Below are positions 1-14,024 of a DNA stretch of 64,000 nt, piece after piece (the first letter of the stretch is position 1; every line of letters starts with the position of its first letter). The translations under genes and the position numbers were made by a program. The stretch lies in the NCBI RefSeq assembly GCF_030686945.1, contig NW_027122708.1:5674248-5738247 (forward strand), written 5' to 3'. The notes below the pieces were generated by a model. The model was not told where the DNA came from and did no database searches. It saw only the letters and a list, made by a program, of their open reading frames with translations. The DNA is from Centruroides vittatus. Taxonomy: Eukaryota.

Positions 1-3000
1 CGGTGTTGTACTGTATTTTCTTTTATCAATATCGTATTTGTGTTCTGCAAGCCTTATTTTGAGTGATCGCGTGGTGGTGCCGATGTACTCAAGATCGCAC
101 TCGAATCTATTGTCTCTCAACGGAATCCTATAAACTCCAGGTATCCTAAGCATGTCGGTGCAGTGCCGTAACTAGGGCGGTGCCAGCGGTGCCCAGGCAC
201 AGGGTGCAGTCCCTGGGGGCATATAAATGACCTGGACCAAGTTTTATATCATAGTTTTGGGGCGTAGTTACAGAAGCTTGCACCGGGCGCACCGGGCGCA
301 TAAAAGACTAGTTACGACTCTGTGTCGGTGTTGTCCTTTCCGTTTCTGAGAATATTATAGATAGTGGAAGCACGTTTATCAATTAATCTATCACCTTTAT
401 CTACAAGAAAGATTAGAAAGAAATCTCACACACAAATACCACAAGAAATTAGATTGGATCATCAAGAAACAACATCGAAATATTGGTTTGGTGTACAACT
501 TCGTCCACAATTAGTTTCCTGGGACAACATATCGCCCTCATCCTTCCTCATCGACGCCATAAAGTATGGCCCATGTTTGCACCCAAACTACAGTACAGTA
601 TTGCTATCCTGAAGATATCGTGCCAAACATTGTTGGCATGGGTGAATGTCAAAAGGAACTTTATCGATGGAAGGAGACTTTCAAGATGAAATCGTTTAAG
701 AAGAATTGCCAGGAGGAAATCACAAGGAAACTTCTACGAGAGAGAAAAAAATGGATGTCTGACAATCATATCGTCTGCTAAAAACAGATAAAAGTAGATC
801 GATGGTATTGTTAACCCTTAAGATCTCCTATGTAGATCGAAAGCGTTTGTTTTTTCTTCATTAAACTATGCTGGAATCTCATTTGTAAGGTTCAGAGGTT
901 TGCGTTTTCTATAAAATACAAAAATTTATTTGATTCTGAGTACAAACATTATTATAAATTTCATTTCTAGTAATCAAATGAATACCTTAAGTCTCCTATT
1001 TATAATCCAAAAATTCAATTTTATTTTAAAATATCATTTGAAAATTTGTATTCCATTTTGGAATACTGTATTTAATGTTCCATTTAAAAAAAAATTTTCA
1101 TAACGTTCCAAAGTTACGTTCTTCGCCCGAAGATGGCATTGATAAAATGTCGAAAGTGCTTGCGTTGTAATAAAAACTGTTTAACGTCGATGGACAATAG
1201 TTATTTCTTGTTTTAAATGTATAATATTTTGGCGTGGTGTTCTAATCACTTTGTATACAACAATGTATATAATTGGTGAAACCGAAACCGAAAATGCCAC
1301 TTCGGCATGAAAACTTTCCTTATAAATACATAAACATGATGGGTGATTTCGAATTAAATTATATTTATGAAAATCACCAGACCAGATAATAATTTCGAAT
1401 TTCATCGCACGCGTGTTTCGAATGATCCGAACTAAAATGTATGAAAAATCCTATTCTCTTGTGTGGAGACTAGACTTGACTTCTAATTACCTAATATCGA
1501 AATAACAAGGTTTTCTCAGAGAAACATAGATTGATATTATCAGAAAGTATATTTCGAAATAAAATTGAATTATTTATTCAAAGTTGCAATTTTTTCGTTC
1601 CTGTTCCCGATTCGATGAATATATTCAATATTCATCAAACTGGTGATTATTTTTAACTTTTCAAATAAATAAAACAAATTCTTCACTAAATAAATTAGAA
1701 AAAACAACTTACGTGAAAAAAGTTTGTTCAATTCCAGCGATCGTTTTTGGCAATTCAATTCTGGCAATTCGTTCGATTTCTAAGATTTTCGATATTTCCA
1801 ACTAATTTCAAATTCAAATTTTGGAATACATGGCGCTTTTCTTACAAAATATTTATAAAATTCAAATGACATAATGGTCCAGGTGGCAGTCTACCGCTCT
1901 GGGGGACCCGGGGTCGATCCGGACGGGTCGAAAAATCCCCAGGAATTTTTCGGAGGTGGTCCGTCCGGATATATCGGGTCCTGTCTCTCACCACTCGGCC
2001 GCCTCATTGTGGACCAGGCCGAACCCATAATAAGCTTGCTTAAGGAGCCCACATGGCGGAAAGAGTTATAAAAAAAAACAAGTAAAACGGCGAAGCCATT
2101 CATGGGACGAAACTATGTCTCGGAGAGCGCGAGCAACGCATGCGCAAATTTCGCACTCGCGCCTGTGTATAGAAACAGTCTCATCATTTTGACCCGGTTC
2201 TCGGTTCCCTGATTACCTATAAGTCTGTTTTTTTTGTATGCGTATGACTTGGGCATCAAATACTCTGTGCCAAATTGCAACTCCTGACATGTACTCCTTC
2301 ATACCTCTAAGGCAGCGGGTCAAACTCAAAGTGCTTAAGTGCCAATTTTTTGTCTCGAGTATGACAACAGGCCAGATGTTTTGAGATTTTGTAGCCAAAA
2401 ATTTTCTAAAAAGTAGCCCAAAAGTAACCAACTCAAAAATTTTTTTTTAATAACCCAAGATTTCATAATAAAATAAAAAAAAACTCCTTAGTAGTTTTCC
2501 AGCAATAACTTTAATCACAGAACAAACATTTTCGGCCAGTTTACAGACCTGAAGCAGGTCTGTAAAATGATCAGAAACGGGGATCGCATGACTCAAAATA
2601 CAAGCATAAACTGTAATTTACTAATATGTCGAAAACACGCATTTTATGGGCAAAATAGAATTGTGCAATAAATGATCTTGCCAAGACGGACTTTAATTTG
2701 AAATTCAAAACATGAAATAGAGAAAACATAATGTAAACAAGAAATTAAACACAAAAATAAATCAAATAAGATAAATATCTCCACGTAATATGAATAAATA
2801 GAAATAAAAACAATAATAATTAGGTTCAACAATTTTGTTTATTAAGTATTATTTGTTTAAGTATAAAATATCACATTTTCTTTGGTATCAAGATGATAAA
2901 AGAATAAACAAATAGCATTATTGATGTTGCGGACCGCAACTAATTGTCTCGCGGGCCTTATCTTTGACATGCCTGCTTGAAGGTGTCCAAGCCGTTGACA

Positions 3001-4785
3001 GTAGTGTGATTTTATAGACGAGACACAATCTCGTCAAAAAACTCGCCCGTTACGTTCGCATACTTCTAACTTAAATAATGTCGTACATCCCACCCCAAAA
3101 TATCAATTTAATTTCTATAAATCAAATAATTTCCATCTACATTCGATTTGCCGGCTTTACATGTAGCACCATCTACTGGCAAAAAATTAAAAAAATAATG
3201 AACTAAATACTGTATAATTCTTACAAAAAAGGATATAATTTAAATATACTTAATTACTGCGACATAGTACAAATATTTATAAACCACAATGATAATGTTA
3301 CCACGTGAACATCTTTTGATTCTGTGTATTTTCAAAATGTTTTGTCTTGTGACGTCGAAGGATGCAACATTCTGTAGTTTTGGAACTTTGGCAGTCATTA
3401 CTGGACTCAGAGATTGGCATAGCAAGTAGATTGAAAATTGACGTGTAATATCGCTATAAAGTTAATTACAGTGGAACCTCGCTTAACGAGCTTAATTCGT
3501 TCCAGAATCTTACTCGTAAGGCGAAACACTCGTTAAGCGAAACAATTTTTCCCTGAAAATCGATGTAAAATACGATAAGGCGTTCCATGCCGAAAAAATA
3601 TTGCCATATACAAATATTTTATGTATAACGTTTATTCAAAGAAAATTACACAATATACATTGTTAAGAAGCATGAATCATCATCTTTTCTTCTAGTACGG
3701 AATGAACCAACCTGAAATGCGAATTCGATTTGCAGAAAACAAAAAAAAAAAAAAAAAAAAGTTTGACAAACATTCTAAACGATATGCCAAATTCTTGGCC
3801 CATGTAAAAACTATAATTAAATACTAGAAATTAATTAATTTGACTAGAGGTAGGCAGCGACTTCTTTATAAGCTGTTTTTTAAAGTAATTAGCTGCCTCT
3901 AATTTCATTATCTTTGTGTAAGGATCGAGTTATAAACTGCGTAACCTAACCGTAGCCGTATTCGTAAATGTTTGCTACACTGGATATCTATGGCAATAGT
4001 TATAAAATACCGTAAGGCCGTTTCTGTATCCGTTAAGGAACTTCATTATTAATAAATTAAATTAACATATAACTCATGTAATTTGTTATTTAATTATATA
4101 ACGTTAATAGCATGTTTAGTAATTTTTATTAGTATTTTATGTAATACACGAAAAAATTTTGTTGACTATATTTTAAAAAATTCAAATAAGATGAATTTGA
4201 ACAAAACGTTCCATTTTGGAACGATGAATGATAGCCTGACGATGACCTATCGAAAATAGGCTAAAAACGTTTGGAATAAAGAGAAAAAAAAACTCGGTAA
4301 ATTAAATTCAGGTGTGTTGGTATTATAATTAACTAATATTGCTGGGAAGGAGATAGATAGTAAGGAACAAACTTTTTTTACGATTTACGAAGCAATCCAT
4401 CGTGAGCAGGAGCAAAATCATCGGCTGATGTTGACAGATCTAACACTATAATTATTTATTCATTTTATTATTATTCTATTTTTTTTATGACCGAATTAAC
4501 TCTTATCTTAAAATTTTATATTGTTCAGAAGTAGCATTGTCGGTCAAAAGTTACGTTTCGACCAATTTGTTACTTTTTGTCCAATCTGGCAACAATGGCA
4601 TGTACGACTACGATTGGTAAAATGGAGAACACTGGAGAATATAAAGAAATAAAGTGAACTGGCAAAGTGACCCTTTACATTGATTGGGTATACTTGTCAT
4701 CGACCTTTTCACTTTTAATAATAATAAAATCGCCTACACTGCCAACAACGCAATCATAGCAGCACATTCTTCACATTGGCGTAGC

Positions 4786-4897
4786 CAGGATTTTGTTATG
4801 GGAGGGGCCTAGTAGAAGCTGTAATTTTCTGGGAGGGGCACCAGGTTAACTGGGGGGGGGGCGTGCCCACCCACGCCTCTTCCTGGCTACGCCCATG
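4786..4897. repeat. GC-rich hairpin element (12-bp terminal stem GGCGTAGCCAGG / CCTGGCTACGCC).
   Basis: Direct read. The stem is related to that of the neighbouring element at 5243-5548 (GGCGTAGCTAGG). Confidence 0.4.
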
Positions 4898-5242
4898 ATT
4901 CTTGACCAGTATGCATGTTGTTTATTTGTCAGTTTCGTCGATTGTGTATCGACTGATGGCGACTTAGCACATGCGCAGTTCAACTCGTATGCCTACTGTA
5001 AAAAGTTGATCTATTCAAACTTTTCTTACGGAAGAGTTGCTCAACTTTCCCGGCAACATTTAAAATTTTGGTTGCGCTATCTGTTTTCATATTTTATTAA
5101 AATTTTTAAAATATTTTTAACTATTATAATACTGCAAAAAGCTTAATTTTGAGGGTAGGGATGAATTTTATAAAAAATTGTAAATACTAATAACGAGTAA
5201 AATCGTCATTAAGTCCAACCCTACAGGAGGTATACACAAAGG

Positions 5243-5548
5243 CGTAGCTAGGGGCGGCCCGCCCGGGTGTCACCCAGTAGGCCTGTGCCATAAAAAAAGA
5301 AAAAAAAAGTCAACGGCTCGCCTCCCATGACAGTTTCTTCGCTATGAAGAGACGCCACGAGAGCTCGCACCAGCTGAAAATCTTACTATGATTTATTCTA
5401 TAAATCTAAACTAATACGTCGCGACATCGCATATTCAATGTAGCGTTCAAGTTGCTGGAGTGCGAAGATATTACAATTCAACAGTGTTTTATAAGAGAGT
5501 TAAAAAGAGTGACACCACGACATCCACACCGGGTGTCACCCATGCTAG
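5243..5548. repeat. GC-rich inverted-repeat element (termini GGCGTAGCTAG...CTAGCTACGCC; subterminal CCGGGTGTCACCCA on both sides).
   Basis: Direct read. Confidence 0.4.
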
Positions 5549-5765
5549 CTACGCCACTGGGTATACACGACCCCCATTATCTCCTCACCGCTCGACCTTT
5601 AACCACCAAAATTTAATAGCATCATTCCCCTTAAACAAAGCTCCCTGCAAAATTTCAGAAATTTTCGACAAAAAGCACAGGAGTTATTAAGCTTCAAAGA
5701 AGGTGAATAAAATCGTGCCCCACACAAATACATACCCTAACATTCATTTGAAAATTACTCCCGAT

Positions 5766-5797
5766 TTTTTTTTTTTTTTTTTTTTTTTTTTGCATTT
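5766..5797. repeat. Poly(T) tract of about 30 nt. It may be the poly(A) tail of a short minus-strand retroposed sequence at 5798-5905.
   Basis: Direct read. Confidence 0.8.
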
Positions 5798-5931
5798 CTC
5801 GACGTTTCAAGGTGTCCAAAAATGTAAAAATCTGGAGGGGGGGTTCATTTTTTTGCTGGATCGCCATACTTTTCCTCTGTTATAACAGCTGAGAAAGTAA
5901 AAGATTTTCTGATAGGTACAGTACCAAAGAT

Positions 5932-6615
5932 GGGTATACTATAGATTACTGCCTATGAATTTCGTGTGTTTGGGTATATATCTGAACTCGGGACCGAGAC
6001 GAGTTCAACGATACTCTACTTTTGGACCGGAGACGAAAAATAAAAAAGTTATCATACTTTTTTCCGGCGATCGCGCGATGATAGGGAGTCGCGTCGCTCT
6101 CCGCTAAGTCGGCCTCGCTATCGCGATCGGGAGTCCCATCGCTTGCCGTTAAAATTGCCTTTAGTAGACGTTTTCCCCCTTTTTTTACTTTGTTCAAGAA
6201 CTACCGTGAATCGATCACTAGTTTAGCACATGGCGGCGTGTGGTGGCGCCCATACGAGAGGTCAGTCGGGCCGCCATGTTTGCTGCCATAAGTAACATTA
6301 ACCGAAATGGCGATCGCGTGATGATCGGAAGTCGCGTCGCTCTCTCCGCTCTCGTATCGCGTGTTTAACGCCCCGGGAGATGACCGTAGTCCGACGTCAC
6401 GGTTTGCAGACTTTACCGCAAGATGGCAATACTAGCAACTACGGTGCCGTCTGCATGAGAGCATTAAAAAAGTATGGTAACTTAAAAAGTGTGACAATTT
6501 TTATTTTTCGTCTCCGGTCCAAAAATAGGGTACCGTCGAACTCGTCTCGGTCCCCTGAGTTCAAATATATAATCAAAGTCCTGAAATTCCATAGGGAGTA
6601 ATCTATAGTACACCC
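5932..6615. mobile_element. Non-autonomous TIR element (MITE-like, hAT-type 8-bp TSD).
   Basis: TIRs of about 120 bp and roughly 80% identity (GGGTATACTATAGATTACT...GGACCGGAGACGAAAAA and its reverse complement). They are flanked by direct CCAAAGAT at 5924-5931 and 6616-6623. An internal direct repeat GGCGATCGCG(C/T)GATGATxGGxAGTCGCGTCGCTCTC is present. Confidence 0.65.
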
Positions 6616-8631
6616 CCAAAGATTTTGAAGGCTCACAGCGCACATGGCCTCTCTTGGAATTTCTGAAGTTTCTCTTGAACAGGTTCTAGATCGATCTTAA
6701 GAAAAGCCACTTTATCTTTACAAACGAGTCTTAAAACTACGTTATAACTGCATATTCTCTCATTGCTCTTAAGCAATCTGAAGAACGTTTTCTGTTCTTT
6801 GACGGGCATTAGATTGCAACTGAACAAATTCTTTTCCATCGAAGGCAAAGGGATAATCTAGAAATGATTAAAAATTTGTCAAAAGACTATCGATTACTTT
6901 TGTTTTCTTTGGTGTATCTTTTGCACTGTTCCTTATTCTTTTTGAGGGATAATATCCACGTCGTAATGTAAATATAATTCTGGTCTGTTTTCATTTCGAA
7001 GAAGTTGCTTACGATCTTAATTATGCTCTTGCCAGTGTACCCTGAATCCTGGTCTCGGTGAAAAAATATTCTGGAAATTAATATTCTTCCACCTTGCGAT
7101 TACTTTATCACTAGAGTTTAATTAATTGTCTTATTTTGATTTAATTTACGTAAGTTCTATGAAAAATTTTATAAATTTTTGCTTATTTTTTCTTGCTAAA
7201 TGATTAAAATGTAAAACGGTAACAAACAATGAAACAAATTTTTATTATTGCATGTATAAATATATTGTGATTTTACATAATTAAATATAAAAATAAATTA
7301 TATTTAATAATGTTGCAATTTGACAAAATATTGCATAGCTTAATGTTTTACACTTTTTATGCCAGTTTTTTAAAGTACAAAAATTCTAAGATTTTTATAA
7401 CAATTAATAAGATTTAAGATTTTAAATAAGATTTTTATAACTTAATTATTCCATGTTAATAAATGCACCTTTCCATTTTTAGTACCACACATTATCAAGA
7501 TCTGTAACAGATTTTCTGTCGATTTTACTTGTTTTGTTGTTAGAACTTCAACTGGTAATTGAAGAAAGAATTGTCCAACCTAAAAGAATAAAAATTAAAT
7601 TTTATGTAAATTAATTTCAAATATGCTATATTAATCATAATATTTGAATCACATTAAGGATATAATGATAACATTAAGCTTACAATGACAGACTGAAAAT
7701 GTTTTGCAGTTAATGACAAAATTTTATTTGTTTACTGTTAATTTGTGAAACTTTAAATAAATAATAACTTTTTTTGTTTCATTCCAAATAAATAAAAATA
7801 TTATTTTTCAAAGACAGAATTCTAGTTAGTTTAAGCCAGTATGATCCAATTTAAAGATTGCTGATAGTACTACTGTATTGGAGCCACTGGAAGAAGGATA
7901 AAAGTAGTCTGACCCAAAAATGGAAAGCAGTTACCAAGATTATGACCATGGTTTCCTAGTTTCTTTAATAATGATTTTGCTTTCAATTCTTACTTAGAAA
8001 TTACAAAAGTTCAATAACTGTCTCTCTGGGTATGTTACCAGGAAGAGTGAAAGGAAAGATAACACTTTCCCCTATAGAAAAGTCTATTAGTTTGGTCTGA
8101 CAGTATTACTCAATGGGTGATTTGATATTAGGATTGAATTCATAATGTTGGTAACAAAAAGTGTTCCTTCCATGACCAGACCCATTCCTATGGCTTTGTA
8201 CTGTACATTATGATCATACAGATTTATTTGCTGTTCTAAAATCTCATACTGAGAATTTCAGGAAATGATTTTCAAAAGTTCTAAGGATTAAAACTTTACG
8301 AGGAAAGTTCTCATTTATCGAAAAAGAGTTCAACTGAACTTATACAATTGATACCGAAGAGAATCAAAAGCTTTGATCTACAAATGGAATTTTTTAAATA
8401 ATTTTTGAATAAACCTTTTTCTTCCTAGAAGTAAACAAACTTTTCAGAACTTTGAAGTTCATATTTAAAGAATAAATATGAAATTTCAGAGATTCTCTTT
8501 TTGAAATACTGTATTTCCATTTGAAAAAATTGTTTTCTGTCTGAACGTAAAGTTAATTTGATAGTCTGATGCATGACATAAGAATTATTATAATAAAATT
8601 TGGAAATCTATATATATAATCGAGACGAGTT

Positions 8632-9092
8632 GATAATAATAATAATCAGTGCAGAGCCCAAACGGTTAGGAGTTGAAAGTTGAAATTTGGTACACAGTTA
8701 GGGTACGTCATGAGAACGTACACTAAGAAGGGATTTTTCAAAATTCCTCCCACGAGGGAGAGGGACAAGATTAAGGCTTAACACTTCCATCAACAATGGA
8801 CGTGTCAGCAATGGAAGTGTTACGTAACAATGGAATTGTCAACAATGAAAGTGTTATGTAACAATGAACTTTTCAACAATGGAATTGTTAAGAGAAAGCG
8901 ACGTACAAGATGCAGATGCAGTTTTTTTCGTTTTTGCAGGAAATCAAACATATTTTTAGAACCATCAAAAATTCTCTAATTAGTCTGGAAACAAAGGGGG
9001 ACTCAATTCTTGCATTCTGTGAAAACAGGTAAGGTTATAATCTTAATCTTCGGTATCATTACTTTTGCCCGAGCAACGCCAGGCCCACCTGC
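8632..9092 (+). mobile_element. Helitron-like non-autonomous repeat, copy 1.
   Basis: It starts TCGAGACGAG after an A and ends CACCTGCTAG before a T, so it has 5' TC and 3' CTAG termini at an A|T junction. It contains a minisatellite of units of about 19 bp (CAATGGAAGTGTTAAGTAA). No clear 3' hairpin is present. Confidence 0.3.
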
Positions 9093-9117
9093 TAGTCTAT
9101 ATATATATATATATATA

Positions 9118-9531
9118 CACAGTAGAGAACCGAAAATCGGAATCAATTGGGGACTGGGGTTGTTCAGATTAGTGATTTGTTCCGATTACTGATTATGTAC
9201 GAAAAAAATACATTAACCTGTCCGATGTTCAAATTTTTCTCCGTTATGTGTCGCTTCGTGTTGAATTTTTCTCCGTTGTGTGTCGCTTCGTGTTGAATTT
9301 TCGTCAATTTTAAGCCTAACGAAAATTTTTATAATAATAATCGAGGCTATCGTATTGTTAAAAATTATTTCTGCATTTTGTACAAACAAAATAAATATAT
9401 TGAAGAATATAAAAACATGAAAATTATACTTTAGAAGTAAATTTAGTATCAAAAACGTTCAATTCAGCACGACACAGTCCGACTGAAAATCATTCCGATT
9501 ACCGGCGATTCCGATTAACAAGTCTCTACTG
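9118..9531. mobile_element. Tc1/mariner-type MITE inserted in a (TA)n microsatellite.
   Basis: Termini are ACAGTAGAGAACCGAAAATCGGAATC and GATTCCGATTAACAAGTCTCTACTGT (inverted), with TA flanks. There is no coding capacity. Confidence 0.55.
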
Positions 9532-9571
9532 TATATATGTATGTATATATATATTTATAAAATCGAGACGA

Positions 9572-10443
9572 GTTGATGATGATAATAATAATCATAATAA
9601 TAATAATCAGTGCAGAGCCGAAACGGTTAGGAGTTGAAAGTTGAAATTTGGTACACAGTTAGGGTATGTCATGAGAACGCACACTAAGAAGGGATTTTTC
9701 GAAATACCTCCTCATGGGGGAGAGGGACAAAATTAAGGCTTAACACTTCCATCAACAATGGAAGTGTCAAGTAACAATGGAAGTGTTAAGAGAAAGCAAC
9801 GTGCAAGACGCAGATGCAGTTTTTTTAGTTTTTGCGGGAAATTGAACATATTTTTAGACCCATCTAAAAATTCTGTAGTTAGTCTGGAAACAGGGATGAC
9901 CCAATTCTTGCATTCTGCGAAAATGGGTAAGGTTGACTGTAACGTAATAATCTTCATTTTCGCTAAAACAGTTAGGAGTTGAAAGTTGAAATTTGGGACA
10001 CAGTTTGGGTACCAAATTTAAGTACCAAAGTGTTAAGTAACAATGATAGTGTTAAGTAACAATAGAAGTGTCAACAATGGAAGTGTTAAGTAACAATTGA
10101 GAACAAGAGAAAGCGACGTGCAAGATTTACGGGCTCTGGAAAAAAAAGAAAAAAGAAAAAGAGTAATATGTTAGAACATATTCGATTTTCAAATTTAAAC
10201 AGATTAGTTCGGTTTTTCTCAACTTTTCTTCTTTAGAACATTCACTGAAAATCGAATGATATAATCAGAACACATCGTGAAAATTGAACAATATTAGAAC
10301 ATTCAATTTTCAAATTCGACCTTTCTTTAGAAATACTTAGTTTGTTGATGAAATTATTAAGTTATAGTCACAAAAGAAAAAGAGTAATCTTAATTATCAC
10401 TATCGTTACTTTTGCCCGAGCAACGCCAGGCCTACCTGCTAGT
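9572..10443 (+). mobile_element. Helitron-like non-autonomous repeat, copy 2 (rearranged, with a partial internal re-duplication).
   Basis: Same 5' end, A|TCGAGACGAGTTGATGAT. The same body and minisatellite recur at 9962-10135. The same 3' end, ...CCTGCTAG|T, lies at about 10443. Confidence 0.3.
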
Positions 10444-12299
10444 TATACATATAAAAGTTTAGAGAGAATTTTTATTTTGGAAAAACAGCATTATTTACTT
10501 AATTTTTTTACAATTATTCTGATTACTGATATTAATAGCTTTCTGTCAGAAAACACAATAACAAGTTTTATTAAGCTAATACAATATTAAACACAATCTC
10601 ATATTTTCAATGTAATTCAAGTTTATTAATCTTAAGATCATACTAGTTTAAATAATTATTCACCATATATTTCTTAATTTGGTGGTTTAATCTGATTATG
10701 ATTCAAAAAAATTCAACCTTTTCCAGCATATTTACTTAGTAAACTGAATGTTTGATTTAATAAATAAATGTACTGGGTAAGGATGAATTGTTTTTATTTC
10801 ATAATACATATAAAATACATAGTTTTTAAAGAGAAGTATTTAATTAAATCCAAAATGCTTTAGCTATCTGATTCTTCATTATCTGTAATATACAAAAGAT
10901 AATCATAAATTTTTATAGTTTACTAGTAGTTGGAATTCTAAAAATGGTTACTATAGTTAAATTAAAAATTCTAATTAATAAGTAGGCTAACCAGGTATAC
11001 AGTTTTGAGCAGGATAACACCATTTATAATGGTCATAAATTTGAATGGATACTGCTGAGGAATATTCCTGTATGGCAAGAAATACAGTTTCAATAAATTT
11101 AAGGAACATAAGAAATGAATAGAAACAAAAAAAATTTGATTATTTGATCAATGGGTGCTAGCTCATTAATTGAATAATCAAATGAGCAATGCTAATAACA
11201 ATAATAATAACCAAACACTTGGAGAAACAGTATGAAGAAAAAATTGATATAGCAGATATTTAATGAAATGTACAAAAAGAATCTTGAATTCCAAAATTTC
11301 AATAATTAGTCCTTTATTTTCCAGGAAGTAAAGCTTCTGTAAAAAAATATTTTCACTCATGAATTCCATGTAATCAAAAGAGAAGTTGAGATTAAACATT
11401 GAAGCCATGAAAATAATTCTAATTAAAAGCAAAATTACAACTTACAATGTAATAAGTTTTATGATAAAATTGTGAGTTGACCAGAACTTATTAAACAAAA
11501 TTAGTTCATCTAAAAAATATGCTAGGCTCTAGCAAACTTTTACATCAAACTATTAGATTTGATATCATATTATAATAAAAATAAAATCTTTTAGAGAAAT
11601 GTGTGTGTTCTTTTTTACACTACCAAATCAATGAAAGTAATAATGTATTAATAAATTTTTAATAATGCCATATTTCTGAAAAGAATTTTAATAAGAGAGA
11701 GTGTATTTATTAGCTGCTGCTCTCCTTTCCATTTTGGCATTACGAAATTATGGTCATCCTATTAATAAGAAAATATAAAAATTTTGTTACCATATGTATA
11801 TTCATTTTTTTTATATTAGATATGTTTCAATTACTTTTAGTGTTGACTGGTATTTGCTAACATCATATTTATTGAAATAAACTTTTACATATGAACAGTC
11901 ATTTCTAATTCAAAATATGACATTCATCACTGGAAATGAAACTAATTCCTTTGCATGGAAAGAATTCAACAGTAAATTTAGAACTTTGCTTGTTTACAAT
12001 AGATGTTTCTCAACAAGTAGTTGAACAGTAAATTTTTAATTGATACAATTATTTTATTGAGACATTGTCACAATGCCAAGCTACATTTTTAACCATATTT
12101 TTAATTAATTTAATTTAATTTGTATGCTTTCCACCTCAAATTAGTAGTTTCTTGCTCCTGTACATCATACTTTTCTGTACGTAATGGAGTTGTGCTGATC
12201 ATCTATCTAGCTCCTTTCAGGGGAAATTTTTGAATTGAAACATCATGATGTCCAGTTTGCACCAGAAGTTGCATTGGGGCCTATTGCCTCTAAGATTCT

Positions 12300-12425
12300 C
12301 ATATCTGGTCTCGTCTTTCATCTATCTTACTCCATTCTTGAGATTAAGGAAAGATAGACAGACGGACAGACGATAGTGGGAATTTACAGATCTACAATTT
12401 TTTTCAAATTGCAGCCCAAAAACTT
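12300..12425. repeat. Repeat that shares about 70 bp with 17517-17585, the 5' UTR region of the jockey/I-like LINE remnant.
   Basis: GACAGACGGACAGACGATAGTGGGAATTTACAGATCTACAATTTTTTTCAAATTGCAGCCCAAAAAC against GACAGACAGACGACAGTGAGAATGTACAGGTCTACAATGTTTTCAAATTGCAGCCCAG. Confidence 0.5.
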
Positions 12426-14024
12426 AATTTTCAATATAGTATTTAAATTTACCATTCTTATTACAAATTACATTAATGAACTACTACTGCAGAAATACAT
12501 TAATTCCAATTTACACAGGACTGTTTAATTATAACAACATTAAAAATTGGTACTTTTCTGTTATACCCTTGCATGTATGCAGCACCATTTCACACCACAT
12601 TTAAAAAAGCACTCTATTCAAAAATTCAAAATCAAAATGACAAAGTAATTAGTCAAACATGGACCATTACATTTCCAGAATACCCCTAATTTATTTTATA
12701 TAGTTAAAATTTGATGTTATATAGTTAAACAATAGATTAATATCATGACAAAAGATGCATTCAAAAATTTACTTACTTGCTTTATATTATGCAAATTCCA
12801 AACCTTAATAATTCTATCCTGAGAACAAGTGAATAGGTAATTGTCACAAATACACAAATCATTAATTTTGTCAACATGTATCTAAAAAAAGATAAAATAA
12901 CTAAGTTTAATTGCAAATATCCAATATGGTAGCTGTTTTCTATATTTCCATAAATGTTTAATATGAAAATATTTATTAAAAATTTTATTTTTTCATTAAT
13001 CTGATATTTGTATTTAATAGATTAATATTCTAAATTTTATACAATTCAATTTAATTACATATATTATATAGTGCAACAAGTAATTGTTTAATATCCAAAA
13101 TATGAAAATATCTAACGTGAAAACAATTCCAAAGTTCTTTGAAAATAACAAAAAATAAAAACAAACTGTTTGTAAATAAAAGTGAGCTCCAGCAAATCAA
13201 ATTACTTACAATGAACTTGTAAATAATTTGTGTGTACTGTACTTGGACTTGGTTGTCCAAAAGAACTAGAAAGTAATTTGTAAAGGAGATTTGTAAGCAA
13301 AGCAGTTTGTTTTCACTTTTTGTTATTTTCAAAAAATCTTCCTGTAAACTTTTTTAATTGTATATATAAAAGACTTAAGATTTTTTATTAATTCTTGAGT
13401 TTAGAAAAATTTTAGATATAATTTCATTAGATTTACAATATAGGATACCTCATATTTATATATGAATGTAAACAATCATATCATCAGTAACATCACTAGG
13501 GTTGGTGTCACCCAATGTGATAATTCATGGATTTCTCTTTGTAATACATCATACTAGATCCTTAGTAATATTTTTTCTACATACTAATAGACAAAAAACT
13601 TGCACTGTAACTTACTCCAGCAAGTATTATTTAACGATCAAAAACATTTTTGACCCAGTTGATGGGCCTTCATCAGATATCAAATATGCAATGGTCATTG
13701 AGCATACAAACATTTAAATTATATAGAACATATACAATTTAAATTTAACTTTAAGACATAAATACAACAAAAAAAAAAAAAAATAAATAAAAATTTAACA
13801 TTATAAGATAAAAATAAAAGAATAGGGAATAAATTAACAATATATTGGATGCAAAAATCAAAAATAAAAATACATGTTTAACTAACAAAAAGAACACTTA
13901 GTACTAATGTTTATTTGGTAATTAAACACATGCTATTTACTTGTCTAAGAGGATATTTCTCTACGGTCAATATTTCTATTACTTTCCCGGATATTGTATA
14001 TACATAACAAGAAAAAATGTATTG

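Noticed and set aside
2541-2567. Perfect 11-bp stem / 4-nt loop hairpin (TTTACAGACCTG aagc CAGGTCTGTAAA), terminator-like.
   Set aside because: Rho-independent terminators are irrelevant in a eukaryotic nuclear context. It is noted only as a small palindrome.
8800-10130. CRISPR-like regular repeats (CAATGGAAGTGTTAAGTAA units).
   Set aside because: This is a eukaryotic genome. The units are contiguous minisatellite copies without unique spacers, and they lie inside a Helitron-like repeat.
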